Origin: Candidatus Gottesmanbacteria bacterium | Lineage (GTDB): Bacteria; Patescibacteriota; Microgenomatia; UBA10105; UBA927 | Direction: 5' to 3' | NCBI GenBank assembly: GCA_023245355.1 | Contig: JAHFKN010000001.1 | Coordinates: 268,596-332,595 of the forward strand | Length of the DNA: 64,000 nt | Shown here: positions 1 to 9,638 of the stretch, piece after piece | Numbering within the stretch: position 1 is the stretch's first letter | Layout of the letters: each line of letters begins with the position of its first letter | Notes under the pieces: model-generated | Database searches by the model: none | What the model was told of the DNA's origin: nothing | Seen by the model: only the letters and a program-made list of their open reading frames with translations | Program-made: the position numbers and the translations under genes

Positions 1-289
1 GGCCATGGGGTATACCGACGTCACCGGAACCCAAAAATAATACATAAGCATGAGAATGACCGGCAACAGCAGCGTCGTAAGCACGATGATGAGCAACCCT
101 CCGCCGACCGGGGTTCCTGCTTTGTGGTGATGAAATTTATCGAACAACGGAGTACGTTTATTAAACATATCCCGGGTGACCTGCTGCAAGCGTTGCAGCC
201 GCAGATGATACAAAAGCTTGATAAACGGAATAAACAGCACGCTGTGCGCAAGCCAGGAAAATAATACGACCCCAAGGAGTAATTGCATA
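1..289 (-). CDS. mraY: Phospho-N-acetylmuramoyl-pentapeptide transferase MraY, N-terminal part (gene continues beyond window start)
   Basis: Reverse-strand translation from ATG at 289 gives MQLLLGVVLFSWLAHSVLFIPFIKLL...FHHHKAGTPVGGGLLII. Membrane N-terminus and the K(R)GTPTMGG-like motif are typical of MraY. Not in the ORF track because it is truncated by the window edge. Confidence 0.7.
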
Positions 290-292
290 AAT

Positions 293-667
293 TTACAGTC
301 CGAACCGGGAAATAAGCTTCGGCCCCAATATAAAAGCGGCCACAACAAGCGCACCTATGGCTACCGTAAGCATCATCCCTGCCGCGACATCTTTTGCTAT
401 TTTGGCATCAGCACGCCATTCTTTCGTAATCAGATCCGTCATCGCTTCAAGCGAGGTATTTATAAGTTCCGCCGAAAGCCCCAATACGATAGTAAATACG
501 ATCACTACCCATTCGATCGGGCTCACCCCGAGAAACCAGCATAAAAATAGCGCAACAAACGAGAGCGCTATATGTACCCTGAAATTCGGCTGCGTGGTTA
601 CGGCCCACCCTAATCCGCTGAATGCGTTTTTAAACGAAATATGGTGCTGCTCTAAAATCTTTTTCAT
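293..667 (-). CDS. dgkA: Diacylglycerol kinase / undecaprenol kinase family (DgkA-like) small membrane kinase
   Basis: 124 aa, three TM segments, conserved SAELINTSLEAM motif of the DgkA/DAGK_prokar family. Confidence 0.75.
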   Translation of the reverse strand: MKKILEQHHISFKNAFSGLGWAVTTQPNFRVHIALSFVALFLCWFLGVSPIEWVVIVFTIVLGLSAELINTSLEAMTDLITKEWRADAKIAKDVAAGMMLTVAIGALVVAAFILGPKLISRFGL

Positions 668-699
668 ATCCTGATATATGCGTGTCAGCCTCCGTTATA

Positions 700-740
700 G
701 TATAGAAAGTCAGAAACGAAAATACAAACCGGCCCGGTTT
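700..740 (-). terminator. Candidate intrinsic terminator downstream of the femAB-like gene
   Basis: Minus-strand AAACCGGGCCGGTTT perfect inverted repeat followed by GTATTTTCGTTTC U-rich tract, in the 80 bp gap before dgkA. Confidence 0.35.
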
Positions 741-746
741 ATCTTC

Positions 747-1811
747 CTAATCATATCCCTTGAGCATTCTTCTTATCGTCTCTATGGTTCTGGTTATCCG
801 GTACAGGGGGGAAACCGGTAAATCCTGCGCATGCAGATATTCGACTAACCGGCCCCCGAAACCGGTTTTGAACAACGTTATCCCCCGCCACGGGTGATTT
901 GGACTGTTTTGAGGAGCAATTCCCCAAAAATTGTACACGTTCATTCCCCGTTTTTTCGCCTCGGTTATCGCTTCCCACTGGATTGCATATGAAACCGGAG
1001 ATTTAGACGGCAATGACGCTCCGTGGTGGTAAATTGCCTGGTTCCCGTAATACAAAATGATTGCGGAACCGATGGTTTTTCCGTCCGCTTTTCCTACGTA
1101 CAACATCGCCTGCTTTTGTCCGGCAAACACTTCAAATTCTTCCCGGATGCCGCCATGCGGCACGAATCCGTGACGAGCACTGGTGGAGGTATACAGATCA
1201 AAAAATTCCGTTAGATGCTTGGGGTCCGTCGTAGAATACACTTGTATCTGTTCTTTGGCAGCCCGTCTGATCTCATAGCGCGTCGTTTTCCTCATGGCGG
1301 ACAGCAGCTGTTCTTCGGAAGCCCCCAAATCCAGCACCCAACAATATTCACCGTCCATGCGGTGAATTGATGCAGGAAGCAACCCGAACGACCGGAAAAA
1401 CGCCTGATTGGCGGATGTATCTTCCACGAGCGGATTAAGGCGCACGAACCAGCATCCCAGACGCTTGGCTTCAGAAGACAAAAATGCAAGAACGCCTTTC
1501 CACAGCTTTGCATCCTGAGAAGCCAAAACGGGCCCATGGCGGACATGGAGAAATGATCCTCTCCGTGCACGGACGAGGCATGCCTGAATCACGCCGACAA
1601 GCACATCTTTTTTATAGACACCGTACCGCAAAACCGTCACTCCTGCCCGTTTCTGTACTTCTCCCCATAACCAGCTTTGGAATAACGCCTGGGGGGACGA
1701 ACGGAGCACAAACAATTCCCATGATGACCGGTCCTCAAAAACCTCAAAGCGGAGTGACATACCGCTATTGTACGTGAAAGCCGATCTCATCGCCAATTGT
1801 CGTTTCCTCAC
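747..1811 (-). CDS. FemAB-family peptidoglycan interpeptide-bridge aminoacyltransferase (FemX/MurM-like)
   Basis: 354 aa; overall length and context (dcw cluster) fit the FemAB fold family. Assignment by family-level resemblance only; real start may be an internal Met. Confidence 0.6.
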   Translation of the reverse strand: MRKRQLAMRSAFTYNSGMSLRFEVFEDRSSWELFVLRSSPQALFQSWLWGEVQKRAGVTVLRYGVYKKDVLVGVIQACLVRARRGSFLHVRHGPVLASQDAKLWKGVLAFLSSEAKRLGCWFVRLNPLVEDTSANQAFFRSFGLLPASIHRMDGEYCWVLDLGASEEQLLSAMRKTTRYEIRRAAKEQIQVYSTTDPKHLTEFFDLYTSTSARHGFVPHGGIREEFEVFAGQKQAMLYVGKADGKTIGSAIILYYGNQAIYHHGASLPSKSPVSYAIQWEAITEAKKRGMNVYNFWGIAPQNSPNHPWRGITLFKTGFGGRLVEYLHAQDLPVSPLYRITRTIETIRRMLKGYD

Positions 1812-2400
1812 CGTGCCCGGGCATCAGCCTGGTTTGAGCAGGATACGACAGTATCCGGCGCACGGAGGCAGCAAGCGTAAGGGGGCTCGCATACGAGTGG
1901 TCCGTTCTGCCGACAGAGCCGTTTGCAAATATAGTATCTCCCGTAAACAGCACACCCGAATGTTTTTCGTACAGGCAAATGCTCCCCGGCGTATGGCCCG
2001 GCGTATGAAGGACCGTAAGACGCACGGCTCCTGCCGCTATAATCCCGCGGTTGGCAAGTTTCCGGTCGACAGACGGCGCGGGGTCGACATATCTAACTTG
2101 CAAAAAATGTTTTGCGGTCTCTTCCATCCGATCTACAAGAAACGTATCGAGAGGATGAATGGCAAACGGGATGCCGAATCCCAGCTTGAGCGCATACGCT
2201 CCCATAATATGGTCGAAATGTCCGTGGGTAGCGACGATAAGCGCCGGCCTGATGCGCAACTTAAGAAGCGTGTCGCTTATATATTCCGGATCATCACCGG
2301 GATCGATAATAATTCCCTCGTGCGTATCCGGATCGGAGACAATGTAGCAATTTGCAGCCATCTGTCCCACGGCAAGCGTTGTGATAACAGGTTTTTTCAT
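1765..2400 (-). CDS. MBL-fold metallo-hydrolase (beta-lactamase-like)
   Basis: HGHFDH metal-binding motif, TPGHTPGS, typical MBL core; start placed at MKKPVITTL to avoid overlap. Confidence 0.8.
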   Translation of the reverse strand: MKKPVITTLAVGQMAANCYIVSDPDTHEGIIIDPGDDPEYISDTLLKLRIRPALIVATHGHFDHIMGAYALKLGFGIPFAIHPLDTFLVDRMEETAKHFLQVRYVDPAPSVDRKLANRGIIAAGAVRLTVLHTPGHTPGSICLYEKHSGVLFTGDTIFANGSVGRTDHSYASPLTLAASVRRILSYPAQTRLMPGHGEETTIGDEIGFHVQ

Positions 2401-2439
2401 GTGATAAGTAGGCGACTCTCTCATGAGCACAGAGAGAGA

Positions 2440-3411
2440 TTAATCGGCAAAAATTTGCGTAAACATGAGTCCGTATATCCCGCCGTCAACGATACCGATT
2501 CCGATCCGGTGAAACCGCGGCTCCAATATATTTTTCCGGTGGCCTTCGCTTGCCATAAGCCCCTGATGTGCGCTCGCTACATCGGGCGCATAGGCGAGAT
2601 TTTCCCCGACCAATGTAAATTTTACATTCGCGTCATTCATTCGGTCGGCCGCGTTTTTTCCTGCGGGGTCATAATGTGAAAAATACCGCTGCTCAAACAT
2701 GTCCGTGCTTTTACTGCGGGCGACGGCTGTTATGGCGACATCCGTACGGAGCTCGGGGATATTCAGACGGACCCGCTCTTTGTTAACCAGCAATATCATT
2801 TCTTTTTCCAGATCTTCACGGACGGTAAATTTGGATTTTTTCTGTGGGATATCCAGAGGGATCCGCTCGTTTGAGCCGGGCTCCACCGTCAGAAACTTAA
2901 GCGCTTCCCGGCTGATTTCTTCAAGTGAAGACTCCATATTCCCTCCGTACCGGTCAGACATGACGACCAGCCTGCTTCCTATGACGGATTGCCGTATATC
3001 CTGTTTGATGGAACCCCGGAGCGGCAACGATAAGGCAAGAAGCAGGAAAAACGCGATAACGAGCAATGCATTACCGGAAGAAAGCAATCCTCCTAACCAA
3101 TGATTTGCCTTTGACGAACTGAGTTTTTCCGGCAGGCGGTCCACAGCATACAAAAGCAGCGACTCGATGAGAATCTGCGACACGAAGGCAACCGCAATAT
3201 ACCCCAACACATTTGTCCATGAAGCGGGAGCACCGAATTTTTCCGTAAAAAAATTTCCGACAGGAGTGTGAAACCGGATCGCCAGCCATAACGATATGAG
3301 GAACGACCCCATATTGGCAAGCAATGAAGTAAACCCGCGCTGCCATCCGTCATATACCGCATAGCAGATAACAGCGATAATGACCCAGTCCACCCAGTTC
3401 GGCATATACAT
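2440..3411 (-). CDS. CvpA-family membrane domain fused to C-terminal CAP/SCP (PR-1-like) extracytoplasmic domain
   Basis: N-terminal 4-TM CvpA-like region (MPNWVDWVIIAVICYAVYDGWQRGF...), C-terminal GHRKNIL...IGIGI motif of CAP domain. Start trimmed to MYMPNW to abut upstream gene. Confidence 0.65.
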   Translation of the reverse strand: MYMPNWVDWVIIAVICYAVYDGWQRGFTSLLANMGSFLISLWLAIRFHTPVGNFFTEKFGAPASWTNVLGYIAVAFVSQILIESLLLYAVDRLPEKLSSSKANHWLGGLLSSGNALLVIAFFLLLALSLPLRGSIKQDIRQSVIGSRLVVMSDRYGGNMESSLEEISREALKFLTVEPGSNERIPLDIPQKKSKFTVREDLEKEMILLVNKERVRLNIPELRTDVAITAVARSKSTDMFEQRYFSHYDPAGKNAADRMNDANVKFTLVGENLAYAPDVASAHQGLMASEGHRKNILEPRFHRIGIGIVDGGIYGLMFTQIFAD

Positions 3412-4649
3412 TATGTTACACCCAATAATGAAATGATGCGCTTTGCATCGCGGGAAGGAATCAGCGTCGGAAGATTGATAATCGTTTTGGCAGCCTGTTC
3501 TGCTTGCGGACAACTTCCTGGTGTATATCCGACGGCGCGAAAATCCGTGCCTGCAGGATCGATAATATTGTGATACCAATTTCCCAACAGAATACCGCGC
3601 TTTTTGGCATCCGCCAGTATGCGTTCCGGTTCAGACAGCAGAACCGGATACCGCAATAACGACGCCCCCCGCACCTCCGGCGGCAATACTGCTTCAGGAC
3701 GTGAAAGCTGCTCCGTATACATATTGGAAATTTTTTGCCGCTGCTTCACATACCGGTCCAGTTTATTGAGCTGACCTAAAAGTAACACTGCCAAGGCATT
3801 GGGGTATTTCGCAGGAAAATCAGCCGGACGTTTTCCCAACTTTTCCTCCCGATATACGGGAACGGAAAGTGCGTGTAATTTCTGCAACAGGACAAGCAGC
3901 GCTCTCCCTATCCCGGATCCATACAGCGGGATAATGACGGAAAACGCGACCGGGTGGAATACCTGCTGTAATGTCCAGCTCCCGCGCGGAAACCGGAGCG
4001 ATGCATGATACCGCCTCATATGTGCAAACGCCGGCTCGTGTGATGCATGAATCACCGCTGCCCCGCCCCACACACTGGAAACCGCCTTGTCCCGACCAAA
4101 ACTGAAAAACGCCGCGTCACCGAGCGTTCCCAGTTTCTTCCCCTGATACTTTCCTCCTAACGCATGGGCGCAATCCTCGATTAGCAGGATGTTGTGTTTT
4201 TTTGCAAGTACCTGCAACCCATGCATATCAGCCGGAATACCGAATGTATGCTGGGCGATTATTGCTTTTGTTTTCCGCGTTATCTTTTTTTCTACATCAA
4301 CCACATCCAGATTGTATGACGCATCGATATCCGCATACACGGGAGTCGCTTTAGACCACAGGACGCTGTTGGGTACGGCAACGCAGGTAAATGCCTGGAC
4401 GATAACCTCGTCTCCCTTTCCGATATCAAATGCCTGCAGGATAGCGAGTAACGCGCTGCGCCCGCTGTTAAACAATGCCACATGAGAACAGTTAAAGTAA
4501 TTCCGGAACCATTGAGCAACTTTATGAAGATCGGTATTCTGAAACCATTTCCACGGGGATAGGGCTACCGACAGCGCGCGCCATACGTCATCCGCTTCCG
4601 TATTCGGGGAAAGAGACGCCGATATAACACGCCGCAGATATATATGCAT
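3411..4649 (-). CDS. DegT/DnrJ/EryC1/StrS-family PLP-dependent sugar aminotransferase
   Basis: 412 aa; FSFGRDK(A) lysine motif region, AHALGG, fold-type I aminotransferase pattern typical of nucleotide-sugar aminotransferases. Confidence 0.75.
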   Translation of the reverse strand: MHIYLRRVISASLSPNTEADDVWRALSVALSPWKWFQNTDLHKVAQWFRNYFNCSHVALFNSGRSALLAILQAFDIGKGDEVIVQAFTCVAVPNSVLWSKATPVYADIDASYNLDVVDVEKKITRKTKAIIAQHTFGIPADMHGLQVLAKKHNILLIEDCAHALGGKYQGKKLGTLGDAAFFSFGRDKAVSSVWGGAAVIHASHEPAFAHMRRYHASLRFPRGSWTLQQVFHPVAFSVIIPLYGSGIGRALLVLLQKLHALSVPVYREEKLGKRPADFPAKYPNALAVLLLGQLNKLDRYVKQRQKISNMYTEQLSRPEAVLPPEVRGASLLRYPVLLSEPERILADAKKRGILLGNWYHNIIDPAGTDFRAVGYTPGSCPQAEQAAKTIINLPTLIPSRDAKRIISLLGVT

Positions 4650-4654
4650 ATAGC

Positions 4655-6256
4655 TTATACCAGAATATTCAGGGTATGTTCCGTATCTTTCCCCTTAAAA
4701 AGCACGGTATCGCCTTTCCCGATGTGGCCGCGTATATAGGCAGCCGCCTGAACCGGACTGACAACCAGCACCGGCACGTCGCGGGACACACGCCGCACCC
4801 CGCGCTCAAATGCCTCCTTATAACTGTCGTTGGTAAGGAGTATCGCGTCACATGCCGCCCCTGCAAGCGCCCCCACCTCCTCGTGAGAACGTTCCGCATA
4901 CGTTCCCAACTCTATCATCGGTTGGAATACGAGTATTTTTTTGCCCTTTTGTCCCTGCAAAAATGCGATGGCTGCGCCCGCTGCATCCGGATTATTATTA
5001 AACGTATCGTCGACAAAAACCGCGCCCTGTATACCGGGAATTACCTCCATCACTTTATGCGCCGCCTGTATCCTGGAAGCGGCCGCGCACGCCTTTTCCA
5101 GTGTGAGACCGCCTGCAACGGAGGCGGCAATAGCTGCCAGTATATTTCCGGCCTGATGGATACCGACGACAGGCGAAGAAACGTGCTCTGTCGTTTTACC
5201 CGATGTACAGTCGAATTCCACCCCGTGTATATCCGTGCGTATTTTCGAAGCACGAAACAGATGATCTCCTGCTATTCCTTTATATGCATGCAAGGCGCCG
5301 CGTGTGGTCCAGCCCCAAAGCTGACATCCGTCGCGGATTGCCCATGTACCCATCGTGCGCGTTTTCTCATCGTCCAGATTCACAATGGCAATCTTTCGCC
5401 CGACCAGCCCCTGAATCAGTTCATATTTTGCCTGCATCGTAACTTCGATGGATCCGAACAAATCCTGATGCTGCGGATTGATCGCCGTAAGCACACCGAT
5501 TTCCGGTTTTACCATGGTTGCCATATACCCGATCTCTCCCCGCTTATATGCACCCATTTCCACGATAAACGCCTGGTGCGCGGACGAAAGCGAGCGGAGT
5601 ATTGTTTCGGCAATCCCGATAGGTGAATTTTTGCTCGCTTCGGTTTTGAGTGTCACTACTGAACCGGAAAGTATCGATGCCAGGTATTCTTTCACGGATG
5701 TTTTTCCGTAACTTCCCGTGATTCCGATGACAGTCATCGGTGCATGATGCGAAAGTGCGCGGACGGCACGGCTGATGATACTCATGTGATATACCCTGGT
5801 GGGAATTGTCATTCCCAGCACGACAAGGGCACTAAACGGGAACAACAGCACGTCTGCAATCGTAAGCCCGATAACGGCAGGATACGGCACGCGTACCGCC
5901 AGCCAGACGATAAACAGAACCAACATAGCACCGAGCACAATCACTTTCGGAGAAACAGGCGGCAGATGCCAGTGCCGGATGCGGCGCACATATGTGATTC
6001 CCAGTACACACAATCCGGCGGAAAACAGAATCTCCGTAACCGGCTTATACGGCAGTACAAACCATGCGAAAGCCGCAATAGCCAGCATGATCCGGGTGCG
6101 GCCCATGACAACCGTACCCCCTTGTTTGGTCCGAAGATGTATCATCATCCGGTCCCAACGGTATTCTTTACGCCACCACAAAAACAACAGGCCGGAAACC
6201 GTGTATCCGAAACGGAGCATGAATCCTAAAATCCCCAGCAGCGATGCAATTTCCAT
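4655..6256 (-). CDS. murF: UDP-MurNAc-tripeptide--D-Ala-D-Ala ligase MurF with ~170 aa N-terminal polytopic membrane domain
   Basis: GITGSYGKTS P-loop, Mur ligase middle and C-terminal domains; N-terminal 4-5 predicted TM helices replace the usual soluble N-domain. Confidence 0.8.
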   Translation of the reverse strand: MEIASLLGILGFMLRFGYTVSGLLFLWWRKEYRWDRMMIHLRTKQGGTVVMGRTRIMLAIAAFAWFVLPYKPVTEILFSAGLCVLGITYVRRIRHWHLPPVSPKVIVLGAMLVLFIVWLAVRVPYPAVIGLTIADVLLFPFSALVVLGMTIPTRVYHMSIISRAVRALSHHAPMTVIGITGSYGKTSVKEYLASILSGSVVTLKTEASKNSPIGIAETILRSLSSAHQAFIVEMGAYKRGEIGYMATMVKPEIGVLTAINPQHQDLFGSIEVTMQAKYELIQGLVGRKIAIVNLDDEKTRTMGTWAIRDGCQLWGWTTRGALHAYKGIAGDHLFRASKIRTDIHGVEFDCTSGKTTEHVSSPVVGIHQAGNILAAIAASVAGGLTLEKACAAASRIQAAHKVMEVIPGIQGAVFVDDTFNNNPDAAGAAIAFLQGQKGKKILVFQPMIELGTYAERSHEEVGALAGAACDAILLTNDSYKEAFERGVRRVSRDVPVLVVSPVQAAAYIRGHIGKGDTVLFKGKDTEHTLNILV

Positions 6257-6257
6257 A

Positions 6258-6977
6258 TTACCGGTGCAAAAAATCTTCTATGTAGGACATAAATATTTTC
6301 GGATGCTTAAACGGAACGCCGTGATCTTCTTCCGGTATCACTTTCAATACTGCCGTGGTTATGGATTCCTGCATACGCCGTGCGATGGCAACCGGCACGA
6401 TCACGTCAAATTCTCCCCATACGAGCAAACAGGGAATTTTTATCGTGGCCATGGCGGACGTGAGATCATCCTGTACGACATATTTAAACGTTTGGCCCAT
6501 CGTGCCTTCGGCACGGATAAATTCGCGCGCCCCGGCCAGATAATACAAAAACCGCCGTGCCCGGTCCGCCATAAGATTGAGCATCGGAAGTGCAAACAGC
6601 AGGCCGCCTATTTTGGAAACGACGAGAAAAAACATCAGCTTTTTCGTCGGTACCGGACTGAATCCCGGCGTTCCCGTCAGAATAAGTTCACGGACATCAT
6701 CCGGATACAGCTGGGAAAATTTCAGTGCGACCCTGCCGCCGAACGAATGCCCGATGATGACGGGGTTACGGATATGATTTTTTTCAACATATGACTTCAA
6801 AAACTCCGCATAATCCACCACATGCCATGGTTTGGCCGGCGGCGGTTCATCTCCGAAACCCGGCAAATCCGGCGCAAACACGCGATGACCGGATTTTATA
6901 AGCAGCTCGGATAGCGGGGCAAACCGCTTACCCGATAAATTCCACCCATGCAGGATAATAATATCGTCTGATTTCAT
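6258..6977 (-). CDS. Alpha/beta-hydrolase fold protein
   Basis: GHSFGG nucleophile elbow, 239 aa. Confidence 0.75.
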   Translation of the reverse strand: MKSDDIIILHGWNLSGKRFAPLSELLIKSGHRVFAPDLPGFGDEPPPAKPWHVVDYAEFLKSYVEKNHIRNPVIIGHSFGGRVALKFSQLYPDDVRELILTGTPGFSPVPTKKLMFFLVVSKIGGLLFALPMLNLMADRARRFLYYLAGAREFIRAEGTMGQTFKYVVQDDLTSAMATIKIPCLLVWGEFDVIVPVAIARRMQESITTAVLKVIPEEDHGVPFKHPKIFMSYIEDFLHR

Positions 6978-6991
6978 AAAAACTGCGGGGA

Positions 6992-8299
6992 TTACAGCTT
7001 GGCCTTATACTTGTGCCGGTCAGCCCCGATTTTTTTGGTATTAGTGGTAACGGTATACCCGCGCGAGGCCACACAAAAGGAATCTGCGGGTATATCGGCG
7101 TCCAGTACGACGCCTGATCCGATAAACGAGTTGGTTCCGATTTTGACTCCCGGCATGATGCTTGCGTTTCCTCCGATTCTGACATCACGCGCAATCATGG
7201 CGCCCAACTTGGTCCGCTGCGTGTTATGGCGTGTATCTCCTACCATGGAATATATGTCTCCCTCATCCAAACGCAGGTTCGCAAGTATCGCGCCCGATCC
7301 CATGCTTACATTTCCTTCCAATACGCTGTCGCCGATGTAATTTGCGTGGAGCCAGCATTGATCCCCGACGTAGCTGCGGGTGATATCGGTATTAAATCCG
7401 GTCACACAGTTTGCTCCGATGTAACTGTCCCTGATGATATTGTTATTTCCGATGACCGTATTGTCACCGATGTACACGGGACCCACAATTTTCGTATTTT
7501 CGAATATCCGGACATTATTGCCGATATACACGGGTCCTTCCAGACTGACATTGTTTTTGATGTCCACGTGTTTTCCCCGTCCCGGCTGCAATCCATGCGC
7601 CAGTACATATGACATGACGTCCAGTATATGCCAGGGGTATTTAAGTGACACAAACCTACCTTCATGCGGAATCAGGGTAAACCTGTGTTCCGCCATAAGA
7701 CTCGAGAGTGCCTGCTCATATATGTCGTCGGATTTCGAATCCGATGATGCGATAGCGGAAAGCAGCAAATCGGCATTTTCTATATACTGACCGCCGAAAT
7801 ATACATAATCGCTCGGGGTTTTTCCTGCTCCCGGTTTTTCACGGATTCCTATCGGGCGGTCTTCGCGGAATACAATGTATCCTCCGGGGAAATATGACTT
7901 GGATTTCCATGCCGTCAATACTCCCATGACGTCAGGACGCGCTGCTTTCAACATGGTCGTAAGAAGTCCCGGATCCGCAATGTCATCTGCGATGACGATA
8001 ACGATACTCCTGCCTGCAATTTCGTGGCTTGCCGCGACGACTGCTCCCGCCATGCCGGTGGGCTTTTCCTGGACGACGACGCGGTGCGGAACCGGAAGAG
8101 TCACATGCTCAAAATATTCCCGGTTCCCGGAGCTTGTTACGATAACACACGAGGTAATCTGCGGCGGAAATTCTTTCGGAATTGCAAAATCAAACATGGT
8201 TTTATCCAGGAAAGGAAACAGATTTTTGTCCGTCACAAACGGCCGGAACCGCTTTCCTTCTCCTGCAGCTAAAATTACCATGACGACGTCTTTTTTCAT
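6992..8299 (-). CDS. GlmU-like bifunctional sugar-1-phosphate nucleotidyltransferase / left-handed beta-helix acyltransferase
   Basis: N-terminal VMVILAAGEGKRF nucleotidyltransferase signature; C-terminal hexapeptide repeats (VYIGNNVRI..., IGANC..., IGGNASIMPGVKIG). Confidence 0.6.
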   Translation of the reverse strand: MKKDVVMVILAAGEGKRFRPFVTDKNLFPFLDKTMFDFAIPKEFPPQITSCVIVTSSGNREYFEHVTLPVPHRVVVQEKPTGMAGAVVAASHEIAGRSIVIVIADDIADPGLLTTMLKAARPDVMGVLTAWKSKSYFPGGYIVFREDRPIGIREKPGAGKTPSDYVYFGGQYIENADLLLSAIASSDSKSDDIYEQALSSLMAEHRFTLIPHEGRFVSLKYPWHILDVMSYVLAHGLQPGRGKHVDIKNNVSLEGPVYIGNNVRIFENTKIVGPVYIGDNTVIGNNNIIRDSYIGANCVTGFNTDITRSYVGDQCWLHANYIGDSVLEGNVSMGSGAILANLRLDEGDIYSMVGDTRHNTQRTKLGAMIARDVRIGGNASIMPGVKIGTNSFIGSGVVLDADIPADSFCVASRGYTVTTNTKKIGADRHKYKAKL

Positions 8300-9636
8300 G
8301 CTGTCTGCTCCTTCTTCCGCCGGATTGTCGCGCCGACTTCAGTCAGCCGCTCTTCTAAATTTTCATACCCGCGGTCAATAAGCTCGACGTTATGCAGATA
8401 ACTCTCTCCGGTAGCGGTAAGCGCCGCAAGCACCAACGATGCTCCTGCCCTGATATCATCGACCGACAATACGGCATCATGCAGTTTCGTGGGTCCCGTA
8501 ATCCGGATCCCCTGATGATATTCTTCTTTGCGGTCCTCCCAATTGAAGTTGTAAAACGCCGGCGGATTGGTAACCTGCGGATCATAAAATTCTATGGCCG
8601 CTCCCATTTTTTTAAGCTCCGACACATACGAAAACCTGCTTTCGAATACGGTCTCGTGAATCGTGGAAACGCCCTGCGCCTGTGTCATAAATACTGCCCA
8701 CGGTGCCTGCCAGTCTGTCATAAATCCGGGATGCGGAAGGGTCACGATATCGGTTTTCTGTAACTGTTTGCCCAGACTGTACCGGGTATGCGTTTCATCC
8801 AGTACTTCATACGCACCTCCCGCACGCGTAAATACCTCCAGGAATGACCCCAGATATTTGAGTTGAGATCCGCTCACGGTAAGATTGCCGCCGGTAATTG
8901 CGGCCGCTATCGCAAACGTCACTTCTTCATTCCGGTCAGGCATGATCGTATATTCCACGCCGTGAAGCGCTGATACGCCGGTAATTTCGATTGTCCGCGG
9001 GTTTACACGCCGGATATCGGCGCCCATAAGATTTAAGCACGTAATCAGATCATCAACTTCTATTTCTTCTGCGGCATTTTCGATAACCGTTTTGCCGTCC
9101 GCTAACACGGCCGCCAAAAGTATCGTCTCTGTTCCGGTATGGGTATTTTTGGGAAAATGCACGGTTGCACCGTGAAGCTTAGAAGCACTTGCATGGAAAA
9201 ATCCGTCCTCGGAATTATAGTCTATCGAAGCGCCCATATCCTTAAGGCCCTCTATATGTCTGTCTATCGGGCGAGCGCCAAGCCGGCATCCTCCCGGATT
9301 CGGAACCGTCGCACTGCCGTAACGCGCGAGTAACGGCCCCAATACCATCGACGACGTGCGGAGCCGCGCGCCGATATCCAGCGGCACTAACGGATGTTTG
9401 GCCATCGTACCGTTTTTGATTCTAAGATCGTGAGCCGTAAATTGTGCACGTACCCCGAGGCTTTTTAATACATCAATGAGCGAAAACACATCTTTAAGAT
9501 GCGGCACATTATGAATCACTATTTCCTCGTCGGTAAGAAGCGACGCGATAAGTATTTTCAGGGCGACATTTTTTGCCCCTCCGACCGGAATTTCTCCGGA
9601 AAGCGGCGTGCCCCCTTTGATGATAAATGTATCCAT
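8296..9636 (-). CDS. murA: UDP-N-acetylglucosamine 1-carboxyvinyltransferase
   Basis: 446 aa, MDTFIIKGGTPLSGEIPVGGAKNVALKIL start and EPSP-synthase-like fold motifs typical of MurA. Confidence 0.9.
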   Translation of the reverse strand: MDTFIIKGGTPLSGEIPVGGAKNVALKILIASLLTDEEIVIHNVPHLKDVFSLIDVLKSLGVRAQFTAHDLRIKNGTMAKHPLVPLDIGARLRTSSMVLGPLLARYGSATVPNPGGCRLGARPIDRHIEGLKDMGASIDYNSEDGFFHASASKLHGATVHFPKNTHTGTETILLAAVLADGKTVIENAAEEIEVDDLITCLNLMGADIRRVNPRTIEITGVSALHGVEYTIMPDRNEEVTFAIAAAITGGNLTVSGSQLKYLGSFLEVFTRAGGAYEVLDETHTRYSLGKQLQKTDIVTLPHPGFMTDWQAPWAVFMTQAQGVSTIHETVFESRFSYVSELKKMGAAIEFYDPQVTNPPAFYNFNWEDRKEEYHQGIRITGPTKLHDAVLSVDDIRAGASLVLAALTATGESYLHNVELIDRGYENLEERLTEVGATIRRKKEQTA

Positions 9637-9638
9637 AG

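Noticed and set aside
21-275. 84-aa minus-strand ORF at the window start.
   Set aside because: Cys/Arg-rich nonsense translation; the real gene here is the mraY N-terminus in a different frame (1..289).
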